Virus record (IMG/VR): IMGVR_UViG_3300037067_008364
Span: 62,001 to 94,377 of that record
Source: an uncultured virus (IMG/VR IMGVR_UViG_3300037067_008364)
Lineage: Duplodnaviria; Heunggongvirae; Uroviricota; Caudoviricetes
Direction: 5' to 3' (one strand)
Length of the DNA: 32,377 nucleotides
Below are positions 11,501 to 19,252 of the stretch, one piece after another. Positions within the stretch are counted from its first letter, which is position 1. Every line of letters begins with the position of its first letter. Made by a program: the position numbers and the translations under genes. Under the pieces are notes generated by a model. That model saw only the letters and a program-made list of their open reading frames with translations, was not told the origin of the DNA and made no database searches.

Positions 11501-12448
11501 GATAGGGCGCACGGCGTATATACAAAAGCATCAAAACCTCTAATAGTCCAGAAATTCAGACCTGCCGATATCATGCTCATGTATACTAAATTTCCGCATA
11601 CTGTTTTAATGAACATGTACGAATACGGATTCAAGGAAAAAGACGCGAAGAACTTTCTGTATCTCATGTTTGCTCCAATGCTTGTCGCAGGAATGGCAGC
11701 TAATCCTTTATATGTCGGTATCAAAGCAGTATTGAATCCTGTACTAAAGAAATTATTTGATTCCGATAACCCCGAAGAAGATTTTTATGAGTGGCTTGAA
11801 CAGGTTTCACCGCTTATGTCTACAGGATTCAGGCAGGGAACCATGGGTATGGCTGGCGTTGATATATCTGGTTCACTTGGTATAGAGATACCGTCTCTTC
11901 AGAACTCTGTACCTGTTGCTTTTGCCAAAGATTTCGCATTTATAGCAGAAGCAATGATGGAAGGTCAATGGGGACTTGTAGCAGAGAAGGCTCCTATCAT
12001 GCCTAGATTCGCATCACAGGTAATGAAGGCATTACGTGAACATGAACAGGGCATTGTAAATCCGCGCGGTACTCCTGTATTCTATGAGGATGAGCAGATT
12101 CGTCCTACTGACGCTGAAGCAATAACTCAGAGTCTTGGGTTGCGTCCGGCAAGGATAGCGCGTCTGCGCGAAAAAGAATATGAAGCCCGCAGGCTCGAAG
12201 CAGAGTACACAAAGCGCAGAAGCCGTGTATCGTCCATGTTCAAACGGTTCTTTGAACTTCCGCCAGAAAAACAGAGCCGTGAAAAGCTTGAACGCATATT
12301 GGCAGATGTTGCAGATTACAATGACGACGTTATCAGGCGTAACGTTCGTGTTCCGCTTATAACAGGCGATTCATTACGCAAGAATGTCATACGCGCATTC
12401 ACTCCTCCGAAACGGGAACGATTGCGCAAGCAGGCTAATGAAAAATAA
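5519..12448 (+). CDS. Giant ejection/polyvalent protein with HExxH zincin-like metallopeptidase and PLxRFG-like region
   Basis: 2309 aa; N-terminal Gly-rich hydrophobic hairpins; AHELGHF at 7490-7510 with downstream DEMFS; K/E/P linker; WYFPRQRKFSKY near 9940; hydrophobic C-terminal helices. Confidence 0.65.
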   Translation: MPVFKTDLSRLAQIARDREAELQQQQQADEQIIGVQPQDMLNVPSTNQIYEPFTYGELGRDVASSIGAQVKSIGYRAIMPSIDEDFTQTSPMERKVMKLDRTTEEFVKRYSQPDVPRAIQILANEVVPNLGYSLGMMGATAPGAVAGGVAGSVLGGVLGGPAGAVAGKIVGSTIGGLATGVPGGLKVVGRQKMDEIVDSIKQRVEPQIGRKLNDTELKNIIAYGDYVNAAKGTANWEVYPEVAGDLLAFGIGSFVFSSKIAQSLVGKVASKGVGKVLTTGAPGVATKGALTMLGTQLTEQGTELPTNYNQSKIDYEIGLRDTPPTWTGTFKEQFRPVALTTMIMGGTIGGAGALHGALTKKQDNQTNMLEDEKAVDVAKQTVTKEMETKLKVENIYSKTVDTLLDTRDLAAVEDILKHTTDTEHKVGIQRAIDEYKALVESGRLFPDEIAMAEQRGIAPQEKRIERAYLYDYLTEDELKSIPQEEVNKLYEQRRTQDEIDRNDAVKKNVADYDLLKQDLQVREQESKAQSHKFENDYKKLGKGHRKAIKLFDAMIKDGTMLPVHREIFMELTKDMSDKHLESLDIQSNANLDVPGSGKTTLGRFTMVENKETGEVTPTIFIRKALAKEYANRLIEKIPLLKDDVDKTSATAEAMSTFAHELGHFGRIVILPEVDAVNISNIYDSIGKENLKTYLLERFKNLGFDPKQLDSVADHFSKNFDEMFSFQFADYTLNNIVSDQRMVPFFERILLKLKEWLTIAKRDKTPISSELKQLEPYFNQILSEGAMDAVEAMKQKYLGGDVGTVLGKIHAFSPSVTIGNIINEYVASGKTSELLGQLDAKERSELNRRLGKAVVRDAKNIKEGGTREEFPNQQISRKNNGAGFTYTIKTPWGTVTYRTRSGRFNIEPDTGLETKEEVQVKVEAEEKAKAEAEAAKQQAEKAKQEEEAKAKKAEEKAKAVEKTKPAPKKKLEPIKKAESKPVKKIEKKVAKQPESKTKQPESQPESKKKIEPKTKPVKTEPKVEPVKTEPVKPKVQPVAKSEREKIIKELRDNPISVANTLIEGPVASMLDIYGGAPEKYGGTIQKSWLNTFRVGLSKWVDKNGGTRIGSPKTGYQYTLTRPYGTLHYNDKTGVWSIDFLPGLIKKQSKDNVVNVVHDGIDNNMSMETIESNNKFDDVGNPIAPVANASPTMDQHTAFDALEKLRQLALGEMEKPKAEQDPVIMDEYDTINEYESAYKDVMDEVADWAKSFFNRSDYVDDNRPQETWKAAWFGSPEITYRDEASRYMYLAAQRYPEDKTEIYNYIIGKESGSKTGEQHPDTLTLMRKFKKNNGKLYQRLNQLLINADVNGLNIGYSYQLLDENGKVVGQAETRAEAKEAVASAKNKAVDYERYVDEDKLKKNGLATKEERDLWEKIRTMADMDLQRKIMTLQQIIDSNENRGKKTPKYTVVDAKGRVVEIDLHKLVNMMGDLKEWYFPRQRKFSKYMVIAKNVDKDGNNLTQPFMQFYRSKIEAQKAVNTIKRKGASINGKRIKYKDVHWERSRQNPENMIGVYGKISSIEAAISSAVEHMSKAIDRPMYKKLSEVPDIKFISDYEYTFKKDWKEQGKKAGDKEKHFVIYTHGNPWYGALMSMPVKEFSKRYYDADEEAIHFVNPTGKFEDAVVDMMNNDQTHIEDVRDEFVASLAIHVADMIKSSSGLRSSMIRRKDEIGNNVWAGYEEDLVKSFTEMAQKTSSGVAKSQMARDMMDALNGTYNISLQNFETNKERREWIQKHRIDPSTQTEMYNHRLTYIKHMLKPQDFVDSMVGTVKIIGAIRYLGGFVFNIGAPFVNLTSFITTVPPSMSHLLNMPLSSVPTYVARGIDAYRAYKFSKNPDLSPGVKRLIDFIILKGQHEPQFQRESLSPLKGKLGRGTDKFMEYMMLGFGTSESVLRVSTIVGSYMYLEEQAQQGKLTADVFDDIIKKSNLYPGGKFDEVLNINNPRHMSTLFEIAKNVSDRAHGVYTKASKPLIVQKFRPADIMLMYTKFPHTVLMNMYEYGFKEKDAKNFLYLMFAPMLVAGMAANPLYVGIKAVLNPVLKKLFDSDNPEEDFYEWLEQVSPLMSTGFRQGTMGMAGVDISGSLGIEIPSLQNSVPVAFAKDFAFIAEAMMEGQWGLVAEKAPIMPRFASQVMKALREHEQGIVNPRGTPVFYEDEQIRPTDAEAITQSLGLRPARIARLREKEYEARRLEAEYTKRRSRVSSMFKRFFELPPEKQSREKLERILADVADYNDDVIRRNVRVPLITGDSLRKNVIRAFTPPKRERLRKQANEK
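8280..8640 (+). repeat. Low-complexity K/E/A/P coding linker with three copies of CAGCCAGAGTC (QPES)
   Basis: EEKAKAEAE.., QPES x3 and PVKTEP x2 are visible in both DNA and protein. Confidence 0.8.
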
Positions 12449-12470
12449 TGCACTAATATTAACTTGTGTA

Positions 12471-12499
12471 TTGACTATATGTGTATTATTTTATATATT
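12471..12499 (+). promoter_or_regulatory. sigma70-type promoter TTGACT-N17-TATATT
   Basis: -35 at 12471-12476, 17-nt spacer, -10 at 12494-12499, in the AT-rich gap upstream of the AAGGAG SD of the 12543 gene. Confidence 0.7.
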
Positions 12500-12542
12500 A
12501 TTTGGAAAGAGTACATATTTTACATACAGTAAGGAGCATTAC

Positions 12543-13001
12543 ATGAAAAAAATTATTGCTTTTGTTTTGTTTATATTGGTTCCTGTAATAGTATACGGGG
12601 CGAGCACTATGACTGAAACTACTGGTACAACTGCCGGAGGAACACTATATTACAACACATATGTTGTTACGGCAGATACAGGTGCAACCTATTCTCATAC
12701 CACGACTCAGAAGTTCCGAGGATATATTTATCAAGTAGAAACAGTTCCTGATTCATCCGCAAGTGGAAACTATCCCGCTGATAACTATGACATTACCCTT
12801 ACCAATGATAATGGGATAGATATCATGGGTGGAGCACTCGCAAACCGCGATACCGTTAATGCTGAAATAGCATTCCCATTGTCATCCAATAGTGTAGAGA
12901 TACCAACAGCTGTCAATAGCGTATTGACATTTAATTTTACAAACCAGTCTACTGACAGTGCAAGTGTTACTATACGTCTGTGGTGGATTAAGAAAGATTA
13001 A
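12543..13001 (+). CDS. Secreted beta-rich protein with Sec signal peptide (152 aa)
   Basis: AAGGAG SD then MKKIIAFVLFILVPVIVYGA; this start is preferred over the ORF-track start 12384, which overlaps the giant gene and the promoter. Confidence 0.7.
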   Translation: MKKIIAFVLFILVPVIVYGASTMTETTGTTAGGTLYYNTYVVTADTGATYSHTTTQKFRGYIYQVETVPDSSASGNYPADNYDITLTNDNGIDIMGGALANRDTVNAEIAFPLSSNSVEIPTAVNSVLTFNFTNQSTDSASVTIRLWWIKKD

Positions 13002-13002
13002 T

Positions 13003-13089
13003 ATGGAATTTTTACAATATTATTTAATACTTGGAATATTTGGATGTATTGTTATGATATTTATTGTTTGGGTGATGCCACATGACTAA
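13003..13089 (+). CDS. Small single-TM peptide (28 aa, MEFLQYYLILGIFGCIVMIFIVWVMPHD)
   Basis: Translated by hand; fills the gap between two genes and overlaps the next start; below the ORF-track cutoff. Confidence 0.5.
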   Translation: MEFLQYYLILGIFGCIVMIFIVWVMPHD

Positions 13090-16000
13090 ACATATATTCT
13101 GTACAATAATAATACTGTTATTGCTGTGCGTTCCGGCATACGCGGCTGACCACTACGTATCTGTCGGTGGCTTAGGAAGTAAAGACGGTTCAGACCTTGA
13201 AAACTGTTTCGACCAGTTACCGGCAACGCTCGTACGTGGCGATACCTATTATCTCGTCGGGCATGGCGATGACAGTACGTATGTCGATTATACGTTCGAT
13301 GATGCGGAATCGGGTGCCAACTATATCTATATCAAAAAGGTTACATCCGCGCAGTCCGGCGTGACCGGTTATGCCGCATGGATGGCAACAGAACAAGCGG
13401 TATTTGATAATAACGAAAGCACATCAAGCAGCACATCATGGACAACGATTAGTTTTAGAACCGGTTATTGGGTATTCGACGGTGTTGCCGCAAGCGATAA
13501 GGCAGATAGCTCAACATATGGATTTAAGGTTATAAATAATGCCGGCGGAACCCGCTGGATGGCGGTTGGAATACCTAAACTGGGTGATGACTACCAGCTT
13601 GACCATATACAAATATCATACACGGCTATGCCGGGTCCGGGTGAAGCCAAAACATTGGCGCATCCATACACGGGTAATGTTGTGGCGCTGTACGGTAATG
13701 CATACGATGGACACGAGGCTACAAATATAACGGCTACAAACTGTTATTTAAGCGGTTGTTCATCCAATATACTCATACGCAGATGGCAGGAATCTGTTAT
13801 TGAAAATTGTTATCTCGACGGTAATTTTTCACTCACTCTTGCCGAAGACGGCATTGATATGCACGGGCAGCAAATAAGTCCCGGCACGGAATGTATCGAT
13901 GATACGTTAAGAAATAATACATTTATTGATACTGAAATATATGTCATAGGACATCATAACATAGGATATGACTCCTTAAATGCGGGAAGACGCTGGCAGA
14001 TTTACAATAATCAAATTATCGGCTGTTCCGGCAGTATCGGCGGCTGGATTCAGGCGGATACTCAGGAAAGTAATAACTGGTTTGATAATTGTTTTCATCA
14101 TAATACATTTGTCGATGTAAATTTTTCCGGTGTTGGCGTGGCTTATGTACACGACATCGATGTACTCGGCGCAAATTTTACATCGTATTCGTACAATAAT
14201 TTATACGTTGACTGTACAAATATATCTTGGCAGTATGGCGCGACAAGCGGCGGAATACTGCATGACCACGATTATTTTTATAATTGCACATTCGCCGGCG
14301 CATATAACGATTCTATCGGTGATAATTCAGTTATCTTTGGTTCAAACCCTATCGCGTCCTCCGGGACACCATATAATCTACATTTAAACACTGACCTGCC
14401 CTGTTCCAATATTGTTGCCATATCAACGGATGCTGATGATAGTACTCGTTCCAATCCCCCTGACGCCGGATCGCTTGAATTTGTAACCGGAGGCGGCGGC
14501 GGTGTCTCATATATATACGTGTCGGGTGACGGCAACGATACCACGGGCGATGGTTCTATTAGTACTCCATACCTCACCATTGCAAAGGCAACATCAGAAG
14601 CGGATTCGGGTGATGTTATTCTTTTTAAAAAAGGCGGTGTATGGCGGGAATCAATTACTTTCCCTGACAGCCATATAACCGTATCGTCATACGGTGCTGG
14701 TGCTTTGCCGGTCATAAATGGACATAAGCAACTTAACAACTGGACTATACCTGCGGTAGCGGATACTGTTGATACCACAATAACAGCATCACTTAACGGT
14801 GGTTACTTGTATGGGGCGGCAAATGCTGATTTTGATGTTGCCCGTGACGCAACCACGGGTGTTACGCTTTATAATAATGAACTCGGTGTAGGTATGTCGA
14901 TACCCGGTACAACGTACCAAGTAAATAAGACGTTTTTGAAATTCGTGCTGCCTATTCCGTTAAATACAATCATACTTGCCGATACGTTAAAACTCTTCGG
15001 TTACACAGATTATTCAACAGAGGATTTTAATATTTATATCCTTTCAGCAAGTCAGGCAAAACCCACATTCACTACTGCCGATTTGCAGAATTTCGATGGA
15101 TGGAATACAGGGGCGTTCACGGGAGTAAAGCTGAATAACACATGGCGTACGAACACGGATTATTCAGCAACAGGTTATAATAATTTCATTCTCAATGCCG
15201 CCGGACTCGATACAACAAATACTTGCGTGGGTGATAGTGTGGCGTATGTCTTTGTATCGGAACAGGATTACGAAGATTCCGCTGCTGCTGCATCGGCAAG
15301 AGTGCGATTCAGAGGGTTGACGGTCGGCGCTGATTCGCTTCCAAAGATGTCAATCAAATATACTACTCCGGGCGGAAGCGGAACACTTGCTCATCGCGTC
15401 CTTACCGGCGAAGAAATCAATGTTATATCGGTATTTATAAATGGCGCGCTGGGGACATCGGTTGCATATGGCAATCTTGATACCAGTGGCGAGTATACAA
15501 TAAGCGGCGATAGTCTATATGTCATTAAAGCAGATACAACAGACGTATGGATTTCGGCATTGGACTTCGGTATCAACACGAATGGTCAGCCCGGAAGTAT
15601 AGTATCGGATATTACCATTCGCGGCTTCAGCCGTGGCGGTGTGCTGTTTGACGATATCGGGTTCACCATGTCAAATGTGCTCATGGACTCGCTCAGGATG
15701 TTTATTAATGTGGACGGCACAGGTGCAACGTTCGACCATATTACCATGATTGGTGGTCTTTTTGCCGCTGATAGTTTGGCAATACTTGAATCCCCCATAA
15801 CAAACAGCATCATAGACTCCGTTGCGGTAACCGATACTACAAATGGTTATGCCGGAAGTTATAATAACTGGCATGACTCAGGAGATCAGCCGGAAGGCAC
15901 AGGCGATACAACGCTTGATTTGCAACTTGGAGCGGACGGTATACCAGATTTGGCATATTGGGCTGGCAATAATGATTATTTCGGTTATGCCTATTACGCA

Positions 16001-16636
16001 AACGGAACACTTACCATTACCTCACAAGCTGAAAGTGATACGTCTTATGTTTCCGCATCAGACAGTATAACGGTGGCATGGACGGCAACAGGAAATCTAA
16101 CTAACCTCATTGTCTATTTTCTTGATGGTGCTTATGCCGCTATTCTTGATACAGTACCAGTTTCAGACAGCACATACACGTTCTTATGTCCTGCTGATTC
16201 AACATTATTCGGAAATGTTCGTATTACAAATCTTGAAAACGCACTTGTTACCGATGACGGGGATTCCACCTTCGAAATAGTGAGACCAGTTATTTTAATA
16301 ACTTACCCCAATGGTGAAGAAACTCTTAGACCCATGCAAACATATACAATTACATACGAATATCATGACGTAATAAATGTAAAAATCGAATACAGTATAG
16401 ACAATGGAGCAAACTGGATTGTTATAATAGCTACTGAGACAGCTGATGGAACTCACTCATGGGTTGTCCCAATTTCAGTAACAATACAAGCGCTTATTAA
16501 AGTTACCTATGCAGACTATACAAGTTTTTATGACGTAAGTGACGCTGCCTTTACAATCAAACCATATGGTGGCATCGCAAAGAGAGAAATGATAATCAAT
16601 ATATTGGAATTATTTGGGGATATTAAAGATGAGTAA
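13082..16636 (+). CDS. Large secreted protein with pectin-lyase-like parallel beta-helix regions and C-terminal Ig-like domain
   Basis: Signal peptide MTKHIFCTIIILLLLCVPAYA; beta-helix start motifs (HYVSVGG; YIYVSGDGNDTTGDGSISTPYLTIAKA); Asn ladders (IENCY, IYNNQI, HHNTF); C-terminal ITYPNGEE..IEYSIDNGANW..SWVVP. Confidence 0.7.
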   Translation: MTKHIFCTIIILLLLCVPAYAADHYVSVGGLGSKDGSDLENCFDQLPATLVRGDTYYLVGHGDDSTYVDYTFDDAESGANYIYIKKVTSAQSGVTGYAAWMATEQAVFDNNESTSSSTSWTTISFRTGYWVFDGVAASDKADSSTYGFKVINNAGGTRWMAVGIPKLGDDYQLDHIQISYTAMPGPGEAKTLAHPYTGNVVALYGNAYDGHEATNITATNCYLSGCSSNILIRRWQESVIENCYLDGNFSLTLAEDGIDMHGQQISPGTECIDDTLRNNTFIDTEIYVIGHHNIGYDSLNAGRRWQIYNNQIIGCSGSIGGWIQADTQESNNWFDNCFHHNTFVDVNFSGVGVAYVHDIDVLGANFTSYSYNNLYVDCTNISWQYGATSGGILHDHDYFYNCTFAGAYNDSIGDNSVIFGSNPIASSGTPYNLHLNTDLPCSNIVAISTDADDSTRSNPPDAGSLEFVTGGGGGVSYIYVSGDGNDTTGDGSISTPYLTIAKATSEADSGDVILFKKGGVWRESITFPDSHITVSSYGAGALPVINGHKQLNNWTIPAVADTVDTTITASLNGGYLYGAANADFDVARDATTGVTLYNNELGVGMSIPGTTYQVNKTFLKFVLPIPLNTIILADTLKLFGYTDYSTEDFNIYILSASQAKPTFTTADLQNFDGWNTGAFTGVKLNNTWRTNTDYSATGYNNFILNAAGLDTTNTCVGDSVAYVFVSEQDYEDSAAAASARVRFRGLTVGADSLPKMSIKYTTPGGSGTLAHRVLTGEEINVISVFINGALGTSVAYGNLDTSGEYTISGDSLYVIKADTTDVWISALDFGINTNGQPGSIVSDITIRGFSRGGVLFDDIGFTMSNVLMDSLRMFINVDGTGATFDHITMIGGLFAADSLAILESPITNSIIDSVAVTDTTNGYAGSYNNWHDSGDQPEGTGDTTLDLQLGADGIPDLAYWAGNNDYFGYAYYANGTLTITSQAESDTSYVSASDSITVAWTATGNLTNLIVYFLDGAYAAILDTVPVSDSTYTFLCPADSTLFGNVRITNLENALVTDDGDSTFEIVRPVILITYPNGEETLRPMQTYTITYEYHDVINVKIEYSIDNGANWIVIIATETADGTHSWVVPISVTIQALIKVTYADYTSFYDVSDAAFTIKPYGGIAKREMIINILELFGDIKDE

Positions 16637-17030
16637 ATATGTTTATTCACAATATTCGGTTGATAGATTAATAACATGCCATCAAGATATACAAAAAGTA
16701 GCATATCAAATTATTAATGCGATAGACGCGCGTGTATTGTGGGGATTCAGAGATGAAGAAGCACAGAATGAAGCGTATGAACAAGGCAATTCAGAAAAGC
16801 AATGGCCATACAGCAAGCATAATACTTTTCCTTCACTTGCCATAGACATAGTACCATATCCACTTGACTGGAAAGATACAAAATCATTCTATTATCTGGC
16901 TGGACATATGCTTATGGCTGCCGATGTTCTTGGAATCAACCTGCGGTGGGGTGGCGACTGGAATATGAATGATAATTTAAACGACCAGAGATTTTTTGAC
17001 TTGGCACATTATGAATTGGTTGGTGCATAA
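16629..17030 (+). CDS. Endolysin, peptidase M15 family (L-Ala-D-Glu peptidase-like)
   Basis: Motifs GFR..EAQ, SKHN, AIDI, RWGGDW, FFDLAHYEL; ATG at 16629 overlaps the previous gene end. Confidence 0.85.
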   Translation: MSKYVYSQYSVDRLITCHQDIQKVAYQIINAIDARVLWGFRDEEAQNEAYEQGNSEKQWPYSKHNTFPSLAIDIVPYPLDWKDTKSFYYLAGHMLMAADVLGINLRWGGDWNMNDNLNDQRFFDLAHYELVGA

Positions 17031-17031
17031 T

Positions 17032-17184
17032 ATGAGTAATCATTTGAAACGGTTAATAGAGATGACAGATCTTCTGCCAGCTTGTCCTTGGGAAAACGGA
17101 AAACCTCTGTATTACCTACAGGATTATTTAGACACATTATCAAAGAACAAATGTATATTCGAGCTGGATGTGATAACAAAATGA
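17032..17184 (+). CDS. Small hypothetical protein (50 aa) whose N-terminus resembles that of the following cupin
   Basis: MSNHLKRLIEMTDLLP vs MSEHLDKLKTLTGQLP; ATGA overlap with the cupin gene. Confidence 0.5.
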   Translation: MSNHLKRLIEMTDLLPACPWENGKPLYYLQDYLDTLSKNKCIFELDVITK

Positions 17185-17594
17185 GTGAACATCTTGACAA
17201 GCTGAAAACACTAACCGGTCAGTTGCCAGTACTTGCCGACTTTATAAAGGCACGTCCAAAGTCTAATATTACGGTCTTTGGACTTCCAACTGGCTCTATC
17301 GAACAGGTTGGTTTTTATAAGACGAACGATGTAGCAATCAGTAAATCGTTTGCGTGGAGCGGTATAGAATTTCCAGTTCATACGCATCATGAAAAAGAAT
17401 GGCTTGGTGTTATTTCTGGGAAGATTATTGTAACATTATATCCTGATACCGAACGCGAAGAGAAAATATATGTCAATAAACATGAAGTATATTATATTCC
17501 TGCCCATACTCCACACTCAATACATTATATAGAAGATACTGAATTATGGGCTATAACAATGCCAGCGAACGATGCATACCCAGAAGGAGAATAA
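17181..17594 (+). CDS. Cupin-domain protein
   Basis: Cupin motif 1 FPVHTHHEKEWLGVISG and motif 2 YYIPAHTPHS. Confidence 0.8.
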   Translation: MSEHLDKLKTLTGQLPVLADFIKARPKSNITVFGLPTGSIEQVGFYKTNDVAISKSFAWSGIEFPVHTHHEKEWLGVISGKIIVTLYPDTEREEKIYVNKHEVYYIPAHTPHSIHYIEDTELWAITMPANDAYPEGE

Positions 17595-17598
17595 CGAG

Positions 17599-17946
17599 AT
17601 GGGCGATGTGCAGGCAAATGGGTGGAACGAATGGTCTCGTCACGTGCTCGCTGAGCTGGTGCGTTTGAATAACGAGATAATAAGATTGAACGAATCGCTT
17701 GATTCTGCGTCAAAAGACATAAGTAAATCTGTCGAAAACATCAGGGCAGAACATAAAGACGCATGCGACTGTTTGCGTAAAGACAGAGAAAAAGCGTTAA
17801 GCGAAATGAAAAAAGAGCAAATGGTAATGGAAAAAGAAATAGCATCATTGCGAACAAGTACAAGATACTGGAGTGCTGCCATAGGAGCAATCATACCAAC
17901 GCTTTTTGGTTTACTCGCGTGGATAGCAAACTCTTATCTGCACTAA
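17599..17946 (+). CDS. Coiled-coil protein with C-terminal TM helix (holin/XhlA-like lysis accessory)
   Basis: GGAG SD; heptad coil then WSAAIGAIIPTLFGLLAWIA; lies in the lysis cassette. Confidence 0.5.
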   Translation: MGDVQANGWNEWSRHVLAELVRLNNEIIRLNESLDSASKDISKSVENIRAEHKDACDCLRKDREKALSEMKKEQMVMEKEIASLRTSTRYWSAAIGAIIPTLFGLLAWIANSYLH

Positions 17947-18000
17947 TACAATCATAATAACATTGTTATGCTATTAACAATGAAGAATCAGGAGGAACAT

Positions 18001-18297
18001 ATGAATATTCTAGGTTTGTTTTCTGTCGAGTCTTTACTGATACCGCTCGGGATAGTCGTACTCGGATACCTTGCAAAAAAGATTCCGAACGATATTCTCA
18101 AGGGAACAGTAACCAAAGTCTTCAAGGGACTAGGTACAACTGTCACTCTTGGACTGGCGAAGTGGAAATTCACAGCACCGTTCTGGAACAAAGTAATTGA
18201 ACCTTGGGTAATAGATTTTGTTGATAATACAATAGGCGGTGCAGTAGAAGGCTTTATAGCAGGATTGAGATCAGATAATCCAAATGGCAACGGCTGA
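18001..18297 (+). CDS. Membrane protein, putative holin
   Basis: AGGAGG SD; N-terminal hydrophobic helix; lysis-cassette context. Confidence 0.45.
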   Translation: MNILGLFSVESLLIPLGIVVLGYLAKKIPNDILKGTVTKVFKGLGTTVTLGLAKWKFTAPFWNKVIEPWVIDFVDNTIGGAVEGFIAGLRSDNPNGNG

Positions 18298-18472
18298 TGA
18301 TATAATTAAAGTGGCGGATACTATCAACAAGTTTTCTCTGCCTATACTTATAGCACTATGGCCTTTAGCTAAGATAGCGAAGCGCACCAAAACAAAAGTT
18401 GATGACAAGATTATCAAGTTTGCCAAAGGTGCGCTTACTATTATCCGAACTGGTGAGTGGCCTAAGGATTAA
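18284..18472 (+). CDS. Small membrane-associated protein (62 aa, TKTKVDD motif), holin-like
   Basis: Hydrophobic FSLPILIALWPLA followed by a basic T.T..DD motif; last gene of the + arm. Confidence 0.45.
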   Translation: MATADDIIKVADTINKFSLPILIALWPLAKIAKRTKTKVDDKIIKFAKGALTIIRTGEWPKD

Positions 18473-18475
18473 ATA

Positions 18476-19252
18476 CTAAATATTGCTATGATATATATTA
18501 TAAAATTCATACCATTGTTCTTTAGTATTCTTGCCATGCCCGTAAGCTTTATGAAATTTCTTATGACATTTGGTACACATGGTTACACCATTATTTACAT
18601 CAAATCTTTTGTTTTCATGTTTATCCCATCCATCAAGATGGTGTGCATTTAAGTACGACCCTCTTTTATTACATATTTGACATGTGAAATCGTTGTTATT
18701 GAATATATCTAATCTCCATTTTTCTTTAATTGTTGTTGTATATTGATGTCTTGAATCTTGTTGCCTATCCTCATCAGTAAGTTCAGCTTTATATCTTGGA
18801 TGATTCTTGCCTTTTTGACTTTTGTGTAATGTTAACATTAGCTCTTTGCTTTTTGCTATGCTTATACATCCACATGATTGCGTATGACCACTTCTAAGAT
18901 TTGATCCATGTATAATACTTAATTGCCCACAGTCACAACGACAAAGCCATTTAATAATCCCGCCCTTTCCTATCCCTGCCTACTTAATCACAGTTATTTT
19001 ACCATATCTGTTTCCTGTTTCGTCTTTAAATGCAACAGCTCTTTTATGTTTTCTGCAACCACATGATTTGGTTTTCCCATTAATTAAATCTGACCCTCTT
19101 ACAATTGTATATTGCCCACAGTCACATAAACATGTCCAATAATATTCATGACCTATTTTATAAGCAATTTCTATAACTGTAAGTTGATAGCATTTTATCC
19201 CAGTTCTATCAATAAATGCATTGCCAGTTTTATGATTATTAAACGTTTTCAA
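18476..19252 (-). pseudogene. HNH homing endonuclease with two CxCDCG..SCGC repeats, interrupted by in-frame TAG at 18980-18982
   Basis: ORFs 18980-19327 and 18476-18838 share one frame. The gap translates without stops as AGIGKGGIIKWLCRCDCGQ..TQSCGC, completing repeat 2. C-terminal CQIC..HHLDGW..NNGVTMCTKCHKKFH. The TTG start is approximate. Confidence 0.8.

Noticed and set aside
12384..12542. Long N-terminal extension of the 12384-13001 ORF
   Set aside because: It overlaps the giant gene end and the promoter; the SD and signal peptide support 12543.
1..16636. Diversity-generating retroelement targeting tail or secreted proteins
   Set aside because: No reverse transcriptase and no template/variable repeat pair was noticed.
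2837..18290. Antisense and alternate-frame ORFs within the + arm (e.g. 6956-7696, 8269-8820, 14278-14778)
   Set aside because: They are shadows of long coding genes with no recognisable motifs.
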